Positions 18,016 through 27,928 of a DNA stretch of 64,000 nt are shown here, piece after piece. The position numbers were made by a program, and so were the translations under genes. Numbering within the stretch: the first letter of the stretch is position 1; each line of letters begins with the position of its first letter. Origin of the DNA: Thermoplasmatota archaeon. Its GTDB lineage: Archaea > Thermoplasmatota > E2 > DHVEG-1. The DNA lies in contig JBAZLE010000001.1 in assembly GCA_041650455.1 (NCBI GenBank), positions 157-64,156 of the forward strand, in the 5' to 3' direction. The notes beneath the pieces are model-generated. The model was not told the DNA's origin. It did no database searches and was given only the letters and a program-made list of their open reading frames with translations.

Positions 18016-19791
18016 ATGAGAATCGCAATAGTACTAAAAGACCGATGCACATCGAAGCGATGTGCGCAGGAATGTATCAAGTTCTGCCCGAGAGTGCGCG
18101 CTGGTGATGAAACCGTAATAATGGGGGAGGACGGCAAACCAATTATTTCTGAGGAGTTGTGTGTCGGCTGCGGTATCTGTGTCAATAAATGCCCGTTCGA
18201 AGCAATCAAAATCATCGGACTTGCTGAGGAACTCAAAGAAGACCTTGTCCATCAATTCGGGAAAAACGGATTCCGACTGTATCGACTGCCGATTCCGAAA
18301 AAAGGAAGCTGTGTTGGTATCCTCGGACAGAACGGGATAGGAAAGACCACAGCGATAAAGATCCTTGCTGGGCAAATACTTCCAAACCTGGGGGACTATC
18401 GTAAAAAGAAACCCTCCTGGGATGCTGTGCTTGACTACTATTCTGGTATGGAACTGTTTGAGCATTTCAAGGCTCTTTCAGAAAAAGACATGGCCTGTGT
18501 GCTCAAACCACAGTATGTTGATCAACTCCCGCGAATATTCAAAGGAACAATACGAGACGTCCTGAAAGGATCTGATACCGCGGATAATTTTGATGCGGTT
18601 GTCACGAAACTTGGATTAACTAATCTCCTCGATAAAGAAATCGAAAAAGGAACAATCTCTGGAGGGGAACTACAGCTTGTTTCGATTGCTGCGGCTCTTA
18701 TTAAAGACGTTGACTTATACTTTTTTGATGAGCCAACCTCCTATCTAGATATCTATCAACGATTAAAAGTCGCTCGCATCATCCAAGAGCTTTCCAAGCA
18801 CAAAAAAGTTATCGTAGTGGAGCATGATTTAGCGGTTTTAGATTTCCTCTGTGAAAACGTCCATATCATGTACGGAACCGAGGGTGCGTACGGGGTCGTG
18901 ACGTTGCCTCGTGCGGTACGTCATGCGATCAACACCTATCTTTCAGGATATCTGAAAGAGGAAAACATCCGTTTTGGGACGAAAATCGAGTTTTTCGCAA
19001 GCCCCCCGAAACCACAACAAGGCCTCCGTGTACTTGTCTCCTATGCCAACCTGGTGAAAGAATTTGAGGATTTCAGTCTACATGTTGAACAAGGGGTTAT
19101 CCGACAAGGGGAACTGGTTGGGATTGTCGGTCCGAATGCGATTGGGAAGACTACGTTTGTGAAAATGCTTGCTGGCGCGATTCAACCAACCCGCGGCGCC
19201 ATCGAGTATGATTTGAAAATCAGTTACAAACCCCAGTACATTACCCCTGATTTTGAGGGGACTGTCCATGAATATTTTGCGACATTCGCGCCTCAACTCT
19301 TCACCTCCCCGTTTTTACAAGCCGAGGTCCATGATGCGCTTCATTTAAAATACCTGCAAGACCGTGACCTCATGACCTTGTCTGGTGGTGAGCTCCAACG
19401 AGTCTCCATCGCAGCATCCATCGTAAAAGACGCGGATATCTATCTTATTGACGAACCATCAGCGTACCTGGATAGTCAACAGCGGATGATTGTCTCAAGA
19501 ATGTTACGCCGACTCATCGAGAAATCAGGGAAATCCGCGATGATTGTCGACCATGACGTGTATTTCATTGATATGGTCAGTGATGCGTTAATTGTCTTCG
19601 ATGGGAAACCAGGGAAAGAGGGACGAGCACAAGGCCCCTTCAGCCTTCATGAGGGCATGAACCGGTTCTTACGAAATGTTGACATCACCTTCCGTCGTGA
19701 TGAGGAAACCAAACGACCCCGGGTGAACAAACCAGATTCGTATATGGAGCGTCAGCAAAAACAAAGCGGAGAGTACTACTACAAATTTTAA
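18016..19791 (+). CDS. abce1: Ribosome recycling ATPase ABCE1/RLI
   Basis: N-terminal 2x[4Fe-4S] Cys pattern, two ABC domains, ITFRRD..RPRVNK. Confidence 0.97.
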   Translation: MRIAIVLKDRCTSKRCAQECIKFCPRVRAGDETVIMGEDGKPIISEELCVGCGICVNKCPFEAIKIIGLAEELKEDLVHQFGKNGFRLYRLPIPKKGSCVGILGQNGIGKTTAIKILAGQILPNLGDYRKKKPSWDAVLDYYSGMELFEHFKALSEKDMACVLKPQYVDQLPRIFKGTIRDVLKGSDTADNFDAVVTKLGLTNLLDKEIEKGTISGGELQLVSIAAALIKDVDLYFFDEPTSYLDIYQRLKVARIIQELSKHKKVIVVEHDLAVLDFLCENVHIMYGTEGAYGVVTLPRAVRHAINTYLSGYLKEENIRFGTKIEFFASPPKPQQGLRVLVSYANLVKEFEDFSLHVEQGVIRQGELVGIVGPNAIGKTTFVKMLAGAIQPTRGAIEYDLKISYKPQYITPDFEGTVHEYFATFAPQLFTSPFLQAEVHDALHLKYLQDRDLMTLSGGELQRVSIAASIVKDADIYLIDEPSAYLDSQQRMIVSRMLRRLIEKSGKSAMIVDHDVYFIDMVSDALIVFDGKPGKEGRAQGPFSLHEGMNRFLRNVDITFRRDEETKRPRVNKPDSYMERQQKQSGEYYYKF

Positions 19792-19809
19792 TAAACATAA
19801 TAAAGGCGC

Positions 19810-20538
19810 ATGTGTTTTCTTCTGACAATGACGACCATTTTCACCTGGGGTCTTCTTGTCTTTCTATCGTTTCTCCCTCCGTTGATCTATACGATCTGGA
19901 TTCGAAACACGGAACGATGCCATCGTCAACAATGGTTCTCCATTTTTCTGTGTTTCCTCTGGGGTGCCACGATTGCTGTCATCGCTGCGTTGGTTTTAGA
20001 AATCGTTTTAGAACTTCCTTTGCGGTATTCGTTTTCCTCTGGGGGTCTGTCACCGTTCCTTCTCAGCGTCGTGATCGCGCCAATCGTCGAGGAGTTTACC
20101 AAGCCCCTTGCCTTGGATCTTCGGTCAGTGAAGAACAATCTGACCGAGTTGGAAGACGGGTTGATTTATGGGGCTGTGGCGGGGTTAGGATTTTCCGCGA
20201 CAGAAAACCTTCTCTATGGGTACAGCTTTTTATCTGAAGGTTTCATCACTTTTTTGGTGCTCATGGCGATGCGGAGTTTCGGCGGGTGTTTGCTTCATGC
20301 ATCTGCCACAGCATTAACCGGATATGGTTTTGGGAAGACTGTGATGAAACAATCATCGTTCTTGGGTGTCCTGCCGTATTTCCTCCTAGCTATTTTCCTT
20401 CATGGGCTCTATAACTTTCTTGTCTCCTATGAATTCATCGGAGTGCTCTCTGGTCTGGTCCTTGCGTTTCTTTGTGTTCTTCTCGCGATTACTATGATTC
20501 GAAAGAAAATCCAGGTTTTGGATAAAAAGAATTGTTAA
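19810..20538 (+). CDS. PrsW-family intramembrane metalloprotease
   Basis: APIVEEFTK, GLGFSATEN, LLHA, LHGLYN. Confidence 0.88.
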   Translation: MCFLLTMTTIFTWGLLVFLSFLPPLIYTIWIRNTERCHRQQWFSIFLCFLWGATIAVIAALVLEIVLELPLRYSFSSGGLSPFLLSVVIAPIVEEFTKPLALDLRSVKNNLTELEDGLIYGAVAGLGFSATENLLYGYSFLSEGFITFLVLMAMRSFGGCLLHASATALTGYGFGKTVMKQSSFLGVLPYFLLAIFLHGLYNFLVSYEFIGVLSGLVLAFLCVLLAITMIRKKIQVLDKKNC

Positions 20539-20564
20539 ATAAAGGAAAAAGAGACGCTCTGTTT

Positions 20565-21599
20565 TTACCGGGGCGGTACTTCAAAACTCCAGGTGAGCAC
20601 ATCGCCGTTTGAAAGGACATATTTATCAGCACCAATGGTTGGAAGCTCGCCGTTTACATAGTACTGCCAGTATTTTCCCTCTGTTCCTCCAACGGCGTTG
20701 CAAATGGTATTAATCAATGTGGAATCAAACTGTTCATAGTAGGTAGCCTCAACAGAAAAACCGTTTTTCTCTGAGCATCGAACGAGGAGGGAATAGGCGG
20801 TGTCTCCCTGATAGGCAACCAGGTGATCCAGAATGGTCCAATCATCACCGATGATTTCCACACGAACACTGGTCAGATCTGATTTTTCTATCCATATTTC
20901 ACTCTTGTCGGGAACCTGGAAAGCAGTACCAGTGAATGAAAGGGTGATAAGACCAAGGACGAGCAGGACTGCAGGGAGCTTGTGATAAGTTTTTAGCTTG
21001 AATAGTTGTATGTGCAGGTCTTCTTTCTTCCTTGCCATATAAAGAATGATGGGTAGTCCGATTGCACAAAAGGTGACAATTCCAGAAATCAAGTGGTACA
21101 CCATAAATGGCACTCCAGCGGAATACACCAGAAGCAGTGAGGAAGCATCATGGGGATACAACAGGTACCACCATCCCATATTCGTCCAGATGTCGTAGAG
21201 GAGAACAAATCCAACACCTAATCCCGCTGCAAGACCCACGCTTCTCAGACGAAACTGTCCGAAGCTTTTCCAGAGTCGTTCTCTGTTGAATAGGTTGATG
21301 AGACCGATGATGGCAAACCCAGAGTACGTAAATAAAATAATTCTGTTCATGTGATCTCCGACAAAAATTGGATTGCCAATGAGGAGGTCACTTCCAATCA
21401 TGCTAAGGAGAGGAACCATGAGTGCTAGGGGCGATCGTATGAGCATGACCGCTAGAAACGTCACCACCATAATGATCTCAAAGTTCGGGAATGGTTGAAC
21501 TCCCTTGCCAAACAGGACGTATCGTCCGATGGTCCCAAAAAGGATTAACCCTATACATAGTATCAGCTGCTGTCGATTTCCCTGATTTTTTCTGTTCAT
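20565..21599 (-). CDS. DUF6580-like putative transporter fused to DUF4430 (transcobalamin-like) domain
   Basis: R...PNF, SDLLIG, TNMGWW, CY/VY..GVPF-type membrane region; C-terminal YWQYYVNG..GADKY.L.NGD..W. Confidence 0.65.
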   Translation of the reverse strand: MNRKNQGNRQQLILCIGLILFGTIGRYVLFGKGVQPFPNFEIIMVVTFLAVMLIRSPLALMVPLLSMIGSDLLIGNPIFVGDHMNRIILFTYSGFAIIGLINLFNRERLWKSFGQFRLRSVGLAAGLGVGFVLLYDIWTNMGWWYLLYPHDASSLLLVYSAGVPFMVYHLISGIVTFCAIGLPIILYMARKKEDLHIQLFKLKTYHKLPAVLLVLGLITLSFTGTAFQVPDKSEIWIEKSDLTSVRVEIIGDDWTILDHLVAYQGDTAYSLLVRCSEKNGFSVEATYYEQFDSTLINTICNAVGGTEGKYWQYYVNGELPTIGADKYVLSNGDVLTWSFEVPPR

Positions 21600-21656
21600 T
21601 ATAAGACACTCCCTTTTTGTATGAAATACAAAGCCACGTATAAGAGTTTTGTTTTT

Positions 21657-22937
21657 CTACAGAACGTTTCCTTTGACTGTTCGGCAGGCTGCGACGAGTT
21701 TTTCTTTGATTTTTTCGTTACATTCGACTTCTACGGTTATCACTGATTCATAGGTGATATGAAGGACCTTTGTTTTTTCATAGAGCTGAGAGAGGAATCG
21801 TTGTGATGGTTCTTCTGGAGGGAGTTGGAATGTTATTTTCACCATATGTGGTAAGGAATCATAAATGGTTTTGAGCAATTCTTCGATGTTTTCCTCTTCT
21901 TTGACGGAAAGAGGTATGATGGTATGATCCTCAAGGATGCCTGTGTCCTCAAGGTATTCTTGGAGGGTCCGCAGAGATGCAGGGGCGAGCAGATCGATTT
22001 TGTTTAAGGCGATAATGATGGGTGCGCCAACCCCGATATTCCGTAATTCGTTTATGGACACCCGGAGTTTTTTTTCCACCATTTCTTTTGCTTCGCTGCC
22101 GTCCACGACTAACACGACGACATCGGCGAGCTCTATTTCCTCAAGGGTTGAATGGAAAGCATCGATGATGCAGGCAGGGAGGTTTTCGATAAACCCTACC
22201 GTGTCGGTGAGGAGAATGGGGATTTGGTTTTCTTTGTTTTTTTTCGCAATACTTCGAGTTGTTGTTGAAAGGGTTGAAAACAGTTCTGATTCGACTTTAA
22301 CTTTTTCCCCTGCCAGGATGTTCATCAGGCTGCTTTTTCCTGCGTTTGTGTACCCAGCAAGGGAGACTGCATAAAATCCGCTTTGAGATCTGGTTTGTCG
22401 TTGGAGCTCCCTGTTTTCTCTGATTTTTTGAAGGTCTTCTCGAATTTTTTTTGTCTGTCTTTTGATCATTTCATAGTAGTCATCGACTTGGTATTCTCCC
22501 CCGGCCATGAGCCCAGGATGCTCTCCTGCTTTTGCTCGGTGGATGAGTTCTCGAACGTAGGGTCGTTCGTACTGGAGTTGTGCGAGTTTGACTTGAAGAC
22601 GTGCCTCTCGTCGTTCTGCATGCTCTTCAAAGATGGCCAGGATGAGTCTGATGCGGTCATAGACGGTGGTGTGTAATTTTTTTTCCAGGGAAAACCATTG
22701 CGATGGTTTGAGTTCGCCGTTGACGATGGTGAGATCCATGGTCTCTTCGGCATCCTGCAGGTAGTCGTTTATTTCCTTTACTTTTCCGCTGCCGATATAG
22801 TAGTTGACGTCAGGGGTCGTTCGGTGTTGGATGAACGTTTTTCGAATGATGTATCCGAGGGTTTCCGCGAGTTGGGTGATCTCAGAAACAGGGTCGTTGA
22901 GTGAGATAAGGATTGCTTTTTTTTGTGTGTTGTCCAT
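21657..22937 (-). CDS. hflX: GTPase HflX
   Basis: YIGSGK, EARLQVKLAQLQY, GYTNAGKSS, LFSTL, DTVGF, NKID. Confidence 0.95.
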   Translation of the reverse strand: MDNTQKKAILISLNDPVSEITQLAETLGYIIRKTFIQHRTTPDVNYYIGSGKVKEINDYLQDAEETMDLTIVNGELKPSQWFSLEKKLHTTVYDRIRLILAIFEEHAERREARLQVKLAQLQYERPYVRELIHRAKAGEHPGLMAGGEYQVDDYYEMIKRQTKKIREDLQKIRENRELQRQTRSQSGFYAVSLAGYTNAGKSSLMNILAGEKVKVESELFSTLSTTTRSIAKKNKENQIPILLTDTVGFIENLPACIIDAFHSTLEEIELADVVVLVVDGSEAKEMVEKKLRVSINELRNIGVGAPIIIALNKIDLLAPASLRTLQEYLEDTGILEDHTIIPLSVKEEENIEELLKTIYDSLPHMVKITFQLPPEEPSQRFLSQLYEKTKVLHITYESVITVEVECNEKIKEKLVAACRTVKGNVL

Positions 22938-23096
22938 TGTTTTCTAGGAAGAATAACGGTGCGTTCTACTTTAATTTTTGGCAGATTTGGAGGAATGGCA
23001 CACCCATGCTCTTTTTAGAGAGAAGAATGAAAAAGTGACGGTTTTTTCGGGAAGATTTAAATATATGCTATGCTATAACATAACATTGATGAAGTT

Positions 23097-23285
23097 ATGG
23101 AGATCATCGCCTGTCCGTTATGCGGAAGTAAAAACACGCATTCCATGATTTCCGCACCAACCCGCCTTCCCTATTTTGCACGAGGATATACCTGCGACGA
23201 TTGCCAGTTCAAAGGCGTCCCCCTCATCTTTTCCTCAGAAAAGATCTACAAAAAATTCCTTCAGGTCCTCAAAGTCATCAGATAA
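23097..23285 (+). CDS. Small Zn-ribbon protein
   Basis: CPLCGS and CDDC; upstream TTTAAATA. Confidence 0.65.
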   Translation: MEIIACPLCGSKNTHSMISAPTRLPYFARGYTCDDCQFKGVPLIFSSEKIYKKFLQVLKVIR

Positions 23286-23524
23286 CCCCATAAAATAGGA
23301 GACGATAAACCCCTGCAACAAAGACAATCACTCAATCATGTAACAAATGTAATAAAAAAACGTAGAAAATTTTATATACGAAGGTAACTTCTCTATTATC
23401 CGAGAAAAGGAGGAAGGGTCTTATTCTTCATAAAATCCCCTTAATGTTTTCCCTTTCCTCCCTAAAATCTTCATGAGAACCGATCCCTATGAATTTTTAT
23501 TGAACCCAAAGGGATATTTCATCC

Positions 23525-24160
23525 TCACTTTTCTCTAAACCATCGCAGGGTGACAAAGAACCGTTGCACTGCCGTGATATTGCCAACAACCGCAAAATAC
23601 ACCAACACCAACTCAATCACTGTGACATCCCAAGGAAATTGGTATCCAAATCGAAGCACAACATGCTGTATCATCGGAAAAACGATGAGCAGCACCAGTC
23701 GATCCGCACGCCCCAACAGCCCTGCATACTGCCGTTTATGCCCGATTGCTTGCGCCTGCGTCCCCATATAACTGGTCAACAACACTCCGATGATAGCAAG
23801 CAAACCGACCGCAGGACGACACCAGGTGCTCAGCGCAAGTGCACCGACCATGAAGACATCCGCGTACCGATCGAGCACATGATCCAGGTAATCACCACGA
23901 GCAGATGCCGTATGCGTCAGCTTCGCAACCTTTCCATCAATCGCATCAAATAATCCGTTCAACAACACAAAAAGAGCGGCGAACACTAAAAAGAAATTCT
24001 GTACCTCAGACGCAGGGTTCGACAGATAAAAAAACACTCCTGCAACGAACGAGAAAAGAAGCGCACACCAACTCAGAAGATCCGGGCTTATTCTGGTAAA
24101 CCGTTTTGCGAAAAAGGTCAGCAACGGATCCGCTCTCTCCCGTGTCCTATCCAATACCAT
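23525..24160 (-). CDS. CDP-alcohol phosphatidyltransferase (archaetidyl-inositol phosphate/glycerophosphate synthase-like)
   Basis: DAIDGKVAK...GDYLDHVLDRYAD signature. Confidence 0.92.
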   Translation of the reverse strand: MVLDRTRERADPLLTFFAKRFTRISPDLLSWCALLFSFVAGVFFYLSNPASEVQNFFLVFAALFVLLNGLFDAIDGKVAKLTHTASARGDYLDHVLDRYADVFMVGALALSTWCRPAVGLLAIIGVLLTSYMGTQAQAIGHKRQYAGLLGRADRLVLLIVFPMIQHVVLRFGYQFPWDVTVIELVLVYFAVVGNITAVQRFFVTLRWFREK

Positions 24161-24168
24161 ATTTGCTC

Positions 24169-24723
24169 CTATGAAAAGTCCTTCTTCAGGATCTCCTCTG
24201 ACCAGTCAATCTGACCAATCCTATATGTTTTTGTGGGTTGAAATTCTTTTTCTCCTATCTCTCGAATCACTGATACAACATCAGCAACGGTTTTTTTCGT
24301 TGTATCAATCTCAAAAATATTTTCAGACGGATGCTGTTCGACAGCTTCACACAGAATGATATCCATAATTTCTGCCTGAATATTTTCCTTGATTTTTTCA
24401 TCATTCCATTGTTTGTTCCGCAGTCGCTTCTTCAATTCATCCGGATGACATCGGAGAAGAATCACTTTTTGCATTGTCTGAAGAAGATGCGCGATATGGC
24501 CTTCAAAAAAAACAAGTGAGTCTGAGGGGATATTTTTCTGAATAGCGTTGTCCAACATCTCAATATCAATCAGCTGCGAACCTCTTTTCTGATCAATCCC
24601 CGCAATACAGTGATTTTCTTTCGCATAGGTGAACAATGAAATAACGGCGTACCCCTGTGTTTCTAACGCTGTCGCAACCGAGGTTTTACCAGTTCCTGGG
24701 GTACCGGTCAGTGCCACCCGCAT
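24169..24723 (-). CDS. Adenylate kinase AK6/Fap7 family
   Basis: ALTGTPGTGKT, EGHIAH, KIKENIQAE. Confidence 0.9.
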   Translation of the reverse strand: MRVALTGTPGTGKTSVATALETQGYAVISLFTYAKENHCIAGIDQKRGSQLIDIEMLDNAIQKNIPSDSLVFFEGHIAHLLQTMQKVILLRCHPDELKKRLRNKQWNDEKIKENIQAEIMDIILCEAVEQHPSENIFEIDTTKKTVADVVSVIREIGEKEFQPTKTYRIGQIDWSEEILKKDFS

Positions 24724-24724
24724 C

Positions 24725-26020
24725 TTAGATCAACTGAGTATAGTCGTATCCACGGAACCCTTTTGTGAAACAATAGTGGAGCTCCTGGAAATCCTTACGG
24801 AATTCTTTCACATCATCTCGAATCTTCTTTGGGTTTTCTTTCTTCAGGAGTGCGCGAGCATAAAAGATTGCGACCTCCTCCATTTCTTTGTCTTTCATCC
24901 CCAGACGAGTCAGCTCCGGTGTCCCCAACCGAAGGCCCGAGGGGTTCAGCGGGTCGACATCACCAGGGATCATATTCATGTTCGTCACAATCCCTGCCTC
25001 CTCCAACAGCTTCGATGCTTCCTTTCCTTTCCCCGGCCCGATTTCCACAAGAACCTGATGAGATTTCGTAAAACCAAGTTTCTCCCCAAAAACCTTGAAC
25101 CCTTGTTCAAAGAGAGCCTGTGCGAGTCGTTTCGCATTCTTAATGGTCTGATCTGCGTACGCTTCTCCAAACTCGAGATGCTCCGCAAACGCAATTCCTT
25201 TCGCTGCGACATGATGTAAATGATACGAGGAGGTGACCCCGGGAAACACCCCGAAACCGATTTTTCTGAAGAATGCTTTCTGCTCTTCTGTCTCTGCTTT
25301 GTTATCGGATAGAATCATCCCACCCTGCGGGCCAGGCAAGGTCTTATGGGTGCTTCCATTCATCACATCCGCCCCTTCACGAAGTGGATCCTGGAAACGT
25401 TTCCCTGCGATTAAGCCAAGCACGTGAGCCGCATCATAGACAACGTACGCACCGACCTCATGCGCTGCCTCAGCGATTGCTTTCAAGGGAGTCGGAAACA
25501 GAAACACGGATTGGCCGCATAACGCAAGTTTTGGTTTCACCTGGCGGATCAATTTCACTGCCCCGTCCACATCAATTACCATCTCCTCATTACTAAACGG
25601 GAAGGAAACAAGATTGATGCCCCGGACACCTGCGGCACCATATTTTCCAAACGAGATATGCGCACCATTCGCGGTATCAAGAACCGTTGCAGTCTCCCCC
25701 GGTTTGATGAGCGCTTTCAACACAGCCATGTTCGCGACGGTCCCGGAGGTCGGTCGCACATCAGCATACCGACACGAGAATAGTTTTTTCGCAAGCTCCA
25801 TGGTCTTTTCTTCTACACGGTCAAAGAACTTACATCCCTCATAATACCGATTCCCCGGGGTTCCCTCAGCGTATCTCCCATGGAAATCGGTTATCAGCAT
25901 TTCACGACATAACGGGGAAAGGACATTTTCACTTGCGATCATCGGAAGAGAATTGGCGAAAAACTCATTGTTTTGCATGGCTTGTTTCCTGATATATTCC
26001 ACTTCATCATACCATTTCAT
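24725..26020 (-). CDS. glyA: Serine hydroxymethyltransferase
   Basis: IASEN, YAEG..RYYEG, STHKTLPGPQGG, SGLRLGT. Confidence 0.97.
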   Translation of the reverse strand: MKWYDEVEYIRKQAMQNNEFFANSLPMIASENVLSPLCREMLITDFHGRYAEGTPGNRYYEGCKFFDRVEEKTMELAKKLFSCRYADVRPTSGTVANMAVLKALIKPGETATVLDTANGAHISFGKYGAAGVRGINLVSFPFSNEEMVIDVDGAVKLIRQVKPKLALCGQSVFLFPTPLKAIAEAAHEVGAYVVYDAAHVLGLIAGKRFQDPLREGADVMNGSTHKTLPGPQGGMILSDNKAETEEQKAFFRKIGFGVFPGVTSSYHLHHVAAKGIAFAEHLEFGEAYADQTIKNAKRLAQALFEQGFKVFGEKLGFTKSHQVLVEIGPGKGKEASKLLEEAGIVTNMNMIPGDVDPLNPSGLRLGTPELTRLGMKDKEMEEVAIFYARALLKKENPKKIRDDVKEFRKDFQELHYCFTKGFRGYDYTQLI

Positions 26021-26092
26021 AGAATCAACCCAAAGCTGTATCTTTGACTTCGATAAAAAGGTAATGGAAAGAATCTCCCAGAATACGGCATC

Positions 26093-26626
26093 CTATTTTT
26101 TCTTTTCTTCACGCATTTTAAACAACGAAGGGAGATGAATCGTATATGTCCCGTCCTTTTGGATCACTATTGGTTCTTTCTCCAACAGTCCTTTGAGATC
26201 GATATGGTATTTTCCTGGCTGTTCCACCCCGATGGTCTCAGGGGTATCCGAATGGTCCACCTCTGCTTTGATTTTATCAATAATCGCTTTCCGTTGGTCC
26301 TCCGTGATGGGCTCTCCGATGCTGAGTTCCTTTTCTGGTTTCTTCTGTTCAATTTGGTCTTCGATCATCTTGCGAAGGTCTTTTGGTTTGAGGGTGATCC
26401 ATGCTTCGGTCCCTTTCAAGGTATCCTTTTGCTGTTCCACTGCCAGTTCCATGATCCTGGTGGTGATGTCTTTTCCGATTTCTTTACTCATCACGTCCCG
26501 TTCTACTTCACTTAACGGCTGTTTTGTAAAAAAAAACCGATTCCCTCCGCACCCCGGGCATCCTTTCAAGAGCTGTGAGGATCCTTCTTCGAACACGTGT
26601 CCACATTTCAGACATTGATGTGGCAT
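26093..26626 (-). CDS. oapC: OapC/ArvC Zn-ribbon protein (DUF2072)
   Basis: MPHQCLKCG..F..GS..LLKGCPGCGGNRF; third gene of the operon. Confidence 0.88.
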   Translation of the reverse strand: MPHQCLKCGHVFEEGSSQLLKGCPGCGGNRFFFTKQPLSEVERDVMSKEIGKDITTRIMELAVEQQKDTLKGTEAWITLKPKDLRKMIEDQIEQKKPEKELSIGEPITEDQRKAIIDKIKAEVDHSDTPETIGVEQPGKYHIDLKGLLEKEPIVIQKDGTYTIHLPSLFKMREEKKK

Positions 26627-27003
26627 TAACCTACTCCCTTCCCAGGAATGATGGTCGTCTCGATCATGTCATTGTCTTTGTGAACCATTCTTAGGAGATG
26701 TGCTGGTCCAATCACTGTCATCCGCGGTTTTTTTGAAACGCCGAACACCCGTTGGAAAAACCCGACTTTTTCAGTCTCATATCCACCAATCTCAATACCA
26801 ATAAAGGTGTCATGATTAATCTCCTTCATGGTATGTTCAATCAGCTGTGCTTGTTCCGACGGGGTCAGACCATGTTCCAGAACAAGGATTCTCCCTTCCT
26901 TTACTTCGTTCAGAATATACTGGAGTTTATCCGAGGGGGAGAAATGCTCCAGTTTCTGACGGGAAATGAGATGAAATGCAATACCGGTCTCTTTTTTTGT
27001 CAT
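26626..27003 (-). CDS. oapB: OapB/ArvB (DUF2073)
   Basis: ILVLEHGLTPSEQAQLIEHTM..F.GIEI..MTVIGPA. Confidence 0.88.
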   Translation of the reverse strand: MTKKETGIAFHLISRQKLEHFSPSDKLQYILNEVKEGRILVLEHGLTPSEQAQLIEHTMKEINHDTFIGIEIGGYETEKVGFFQRVFGVSKKPRMTVIGPAHLLRMVHKDNDMIETTIIPGKGVG

Positions 27004-27008
27004 CAGGG

Positions 27009-27674
27009 CTACCTCCTCTTTTTATGTCGTTTTTTCCCAAACTCTTTCACCATCATCGTATAGAGATTCTCCGTATTATAGCCTGTCAGCGCGCTAATCG
27101 GGATGACCGGATGTTGGGGAAAGGCGGATTTTAATGTCGCAGGGCTTGCGTTTTCCGCATCGATTTTATTGGCTGCGATGAGAATTGGTAAATTTCGAGC
27201 TTCCAGGTTCCCAATGATGGTGACATTCACCTGCGTGAAGGGATCTTGGGTCGCATCCATGACTAAGACGACTCCATCAATGTCCTCTAACCATTTGATC
27301 GCCTCGATAACCCCCTCGGTTGCCTCTTTTGCGCGCATACGAGAATCATCCTTTGTCATCCCATACATGTTCATGAATTCCTTGTAATCGATTTTCGTCG
27401 CGATCCCAGGCGTATCCACAAGGTCCATGGTCAATGAGGAGCCACCGTTATCAATCCTGATGTTGTTTTTCCATTTCGCTCGCCGTGTCTCATGAGGAAC
27501 CTCCGAGACACTTCCCATGATATCCCCTGTCCAATCCCGGAGAATTCGATTTGCTAACGTCGTTTTACCAACATTTGGTGGACCGTAGATCCCAATCTTC
27601 GCGTGATTCTTCCCAAAAATCTTATGAATCATTTTTGAAAATCTACTTTCTCTAAATCTCTCGAGTAATCCCAT
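27009..27674 (-). CDS. oapA: OapA/ArvA Era-like small GTPase
   Basis: IGIYGPPNVGKTTLANRI, PHETRR, DTPG, DPFTQVN, ANKID. Confidence 0.92.
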   Translation of the reverse strand: MGLLERFRESRFSKMIHKIFGKNHAKIGIYGPPNVGKTTLANRILRDWTGDIMGSVSEVPHETRRAKWKNNIRIDNGGSSLTMDLVDTPGIATKIDYKEFMNMYGMTKDDSRMRAKEATEGVIEAIKWLEDIDGVVLVMDATQDPFTQVNVTIIGNLEARNLPILIAANKIDAENASPATLKSAFPQHPVIPISALTGYNTENLYTMMVKEFGKKRHKKRR

Positions 27675-27799
27675 CCCTTTCTGTCTCCAAGTTGTTTTCT
27701 AAATTTGATGAATAGTATATGAATAATAGTTTATTAGTTTAGCGGCTCATGTCCGATTCACGTGTTCAAACCGCAATAAAATAATGACCCTAAAATACT

Positions 27800-27853
27800 C
27801 ATGCAAGGTAACTTAGCTGGAAAAACTCCATTTCGACTAAGTTGCCTTGCATG
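27800..27853. repeat. Long inverted repeat / hairpin in divergent intergenic region
   Basis: CATGCAAGGTAACTTAGCTGGAA ... TTCGACTAAGTTGCCTTGCATG. Confidence 0.8.
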
Positions 27854-27928
27854 TAAAAATAATAACCCTTAAATAGCATCAACATTATTCGCATGTCAGA
27901 GTATTAATTATTTGGGACGGCATGAGTT

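Noticed and set aside
27675..27928. Replication origin beside oapABC
   Set aside because: No cdc6/orc1 gene and no convincing ORB repeats with G-strings; the region is short.
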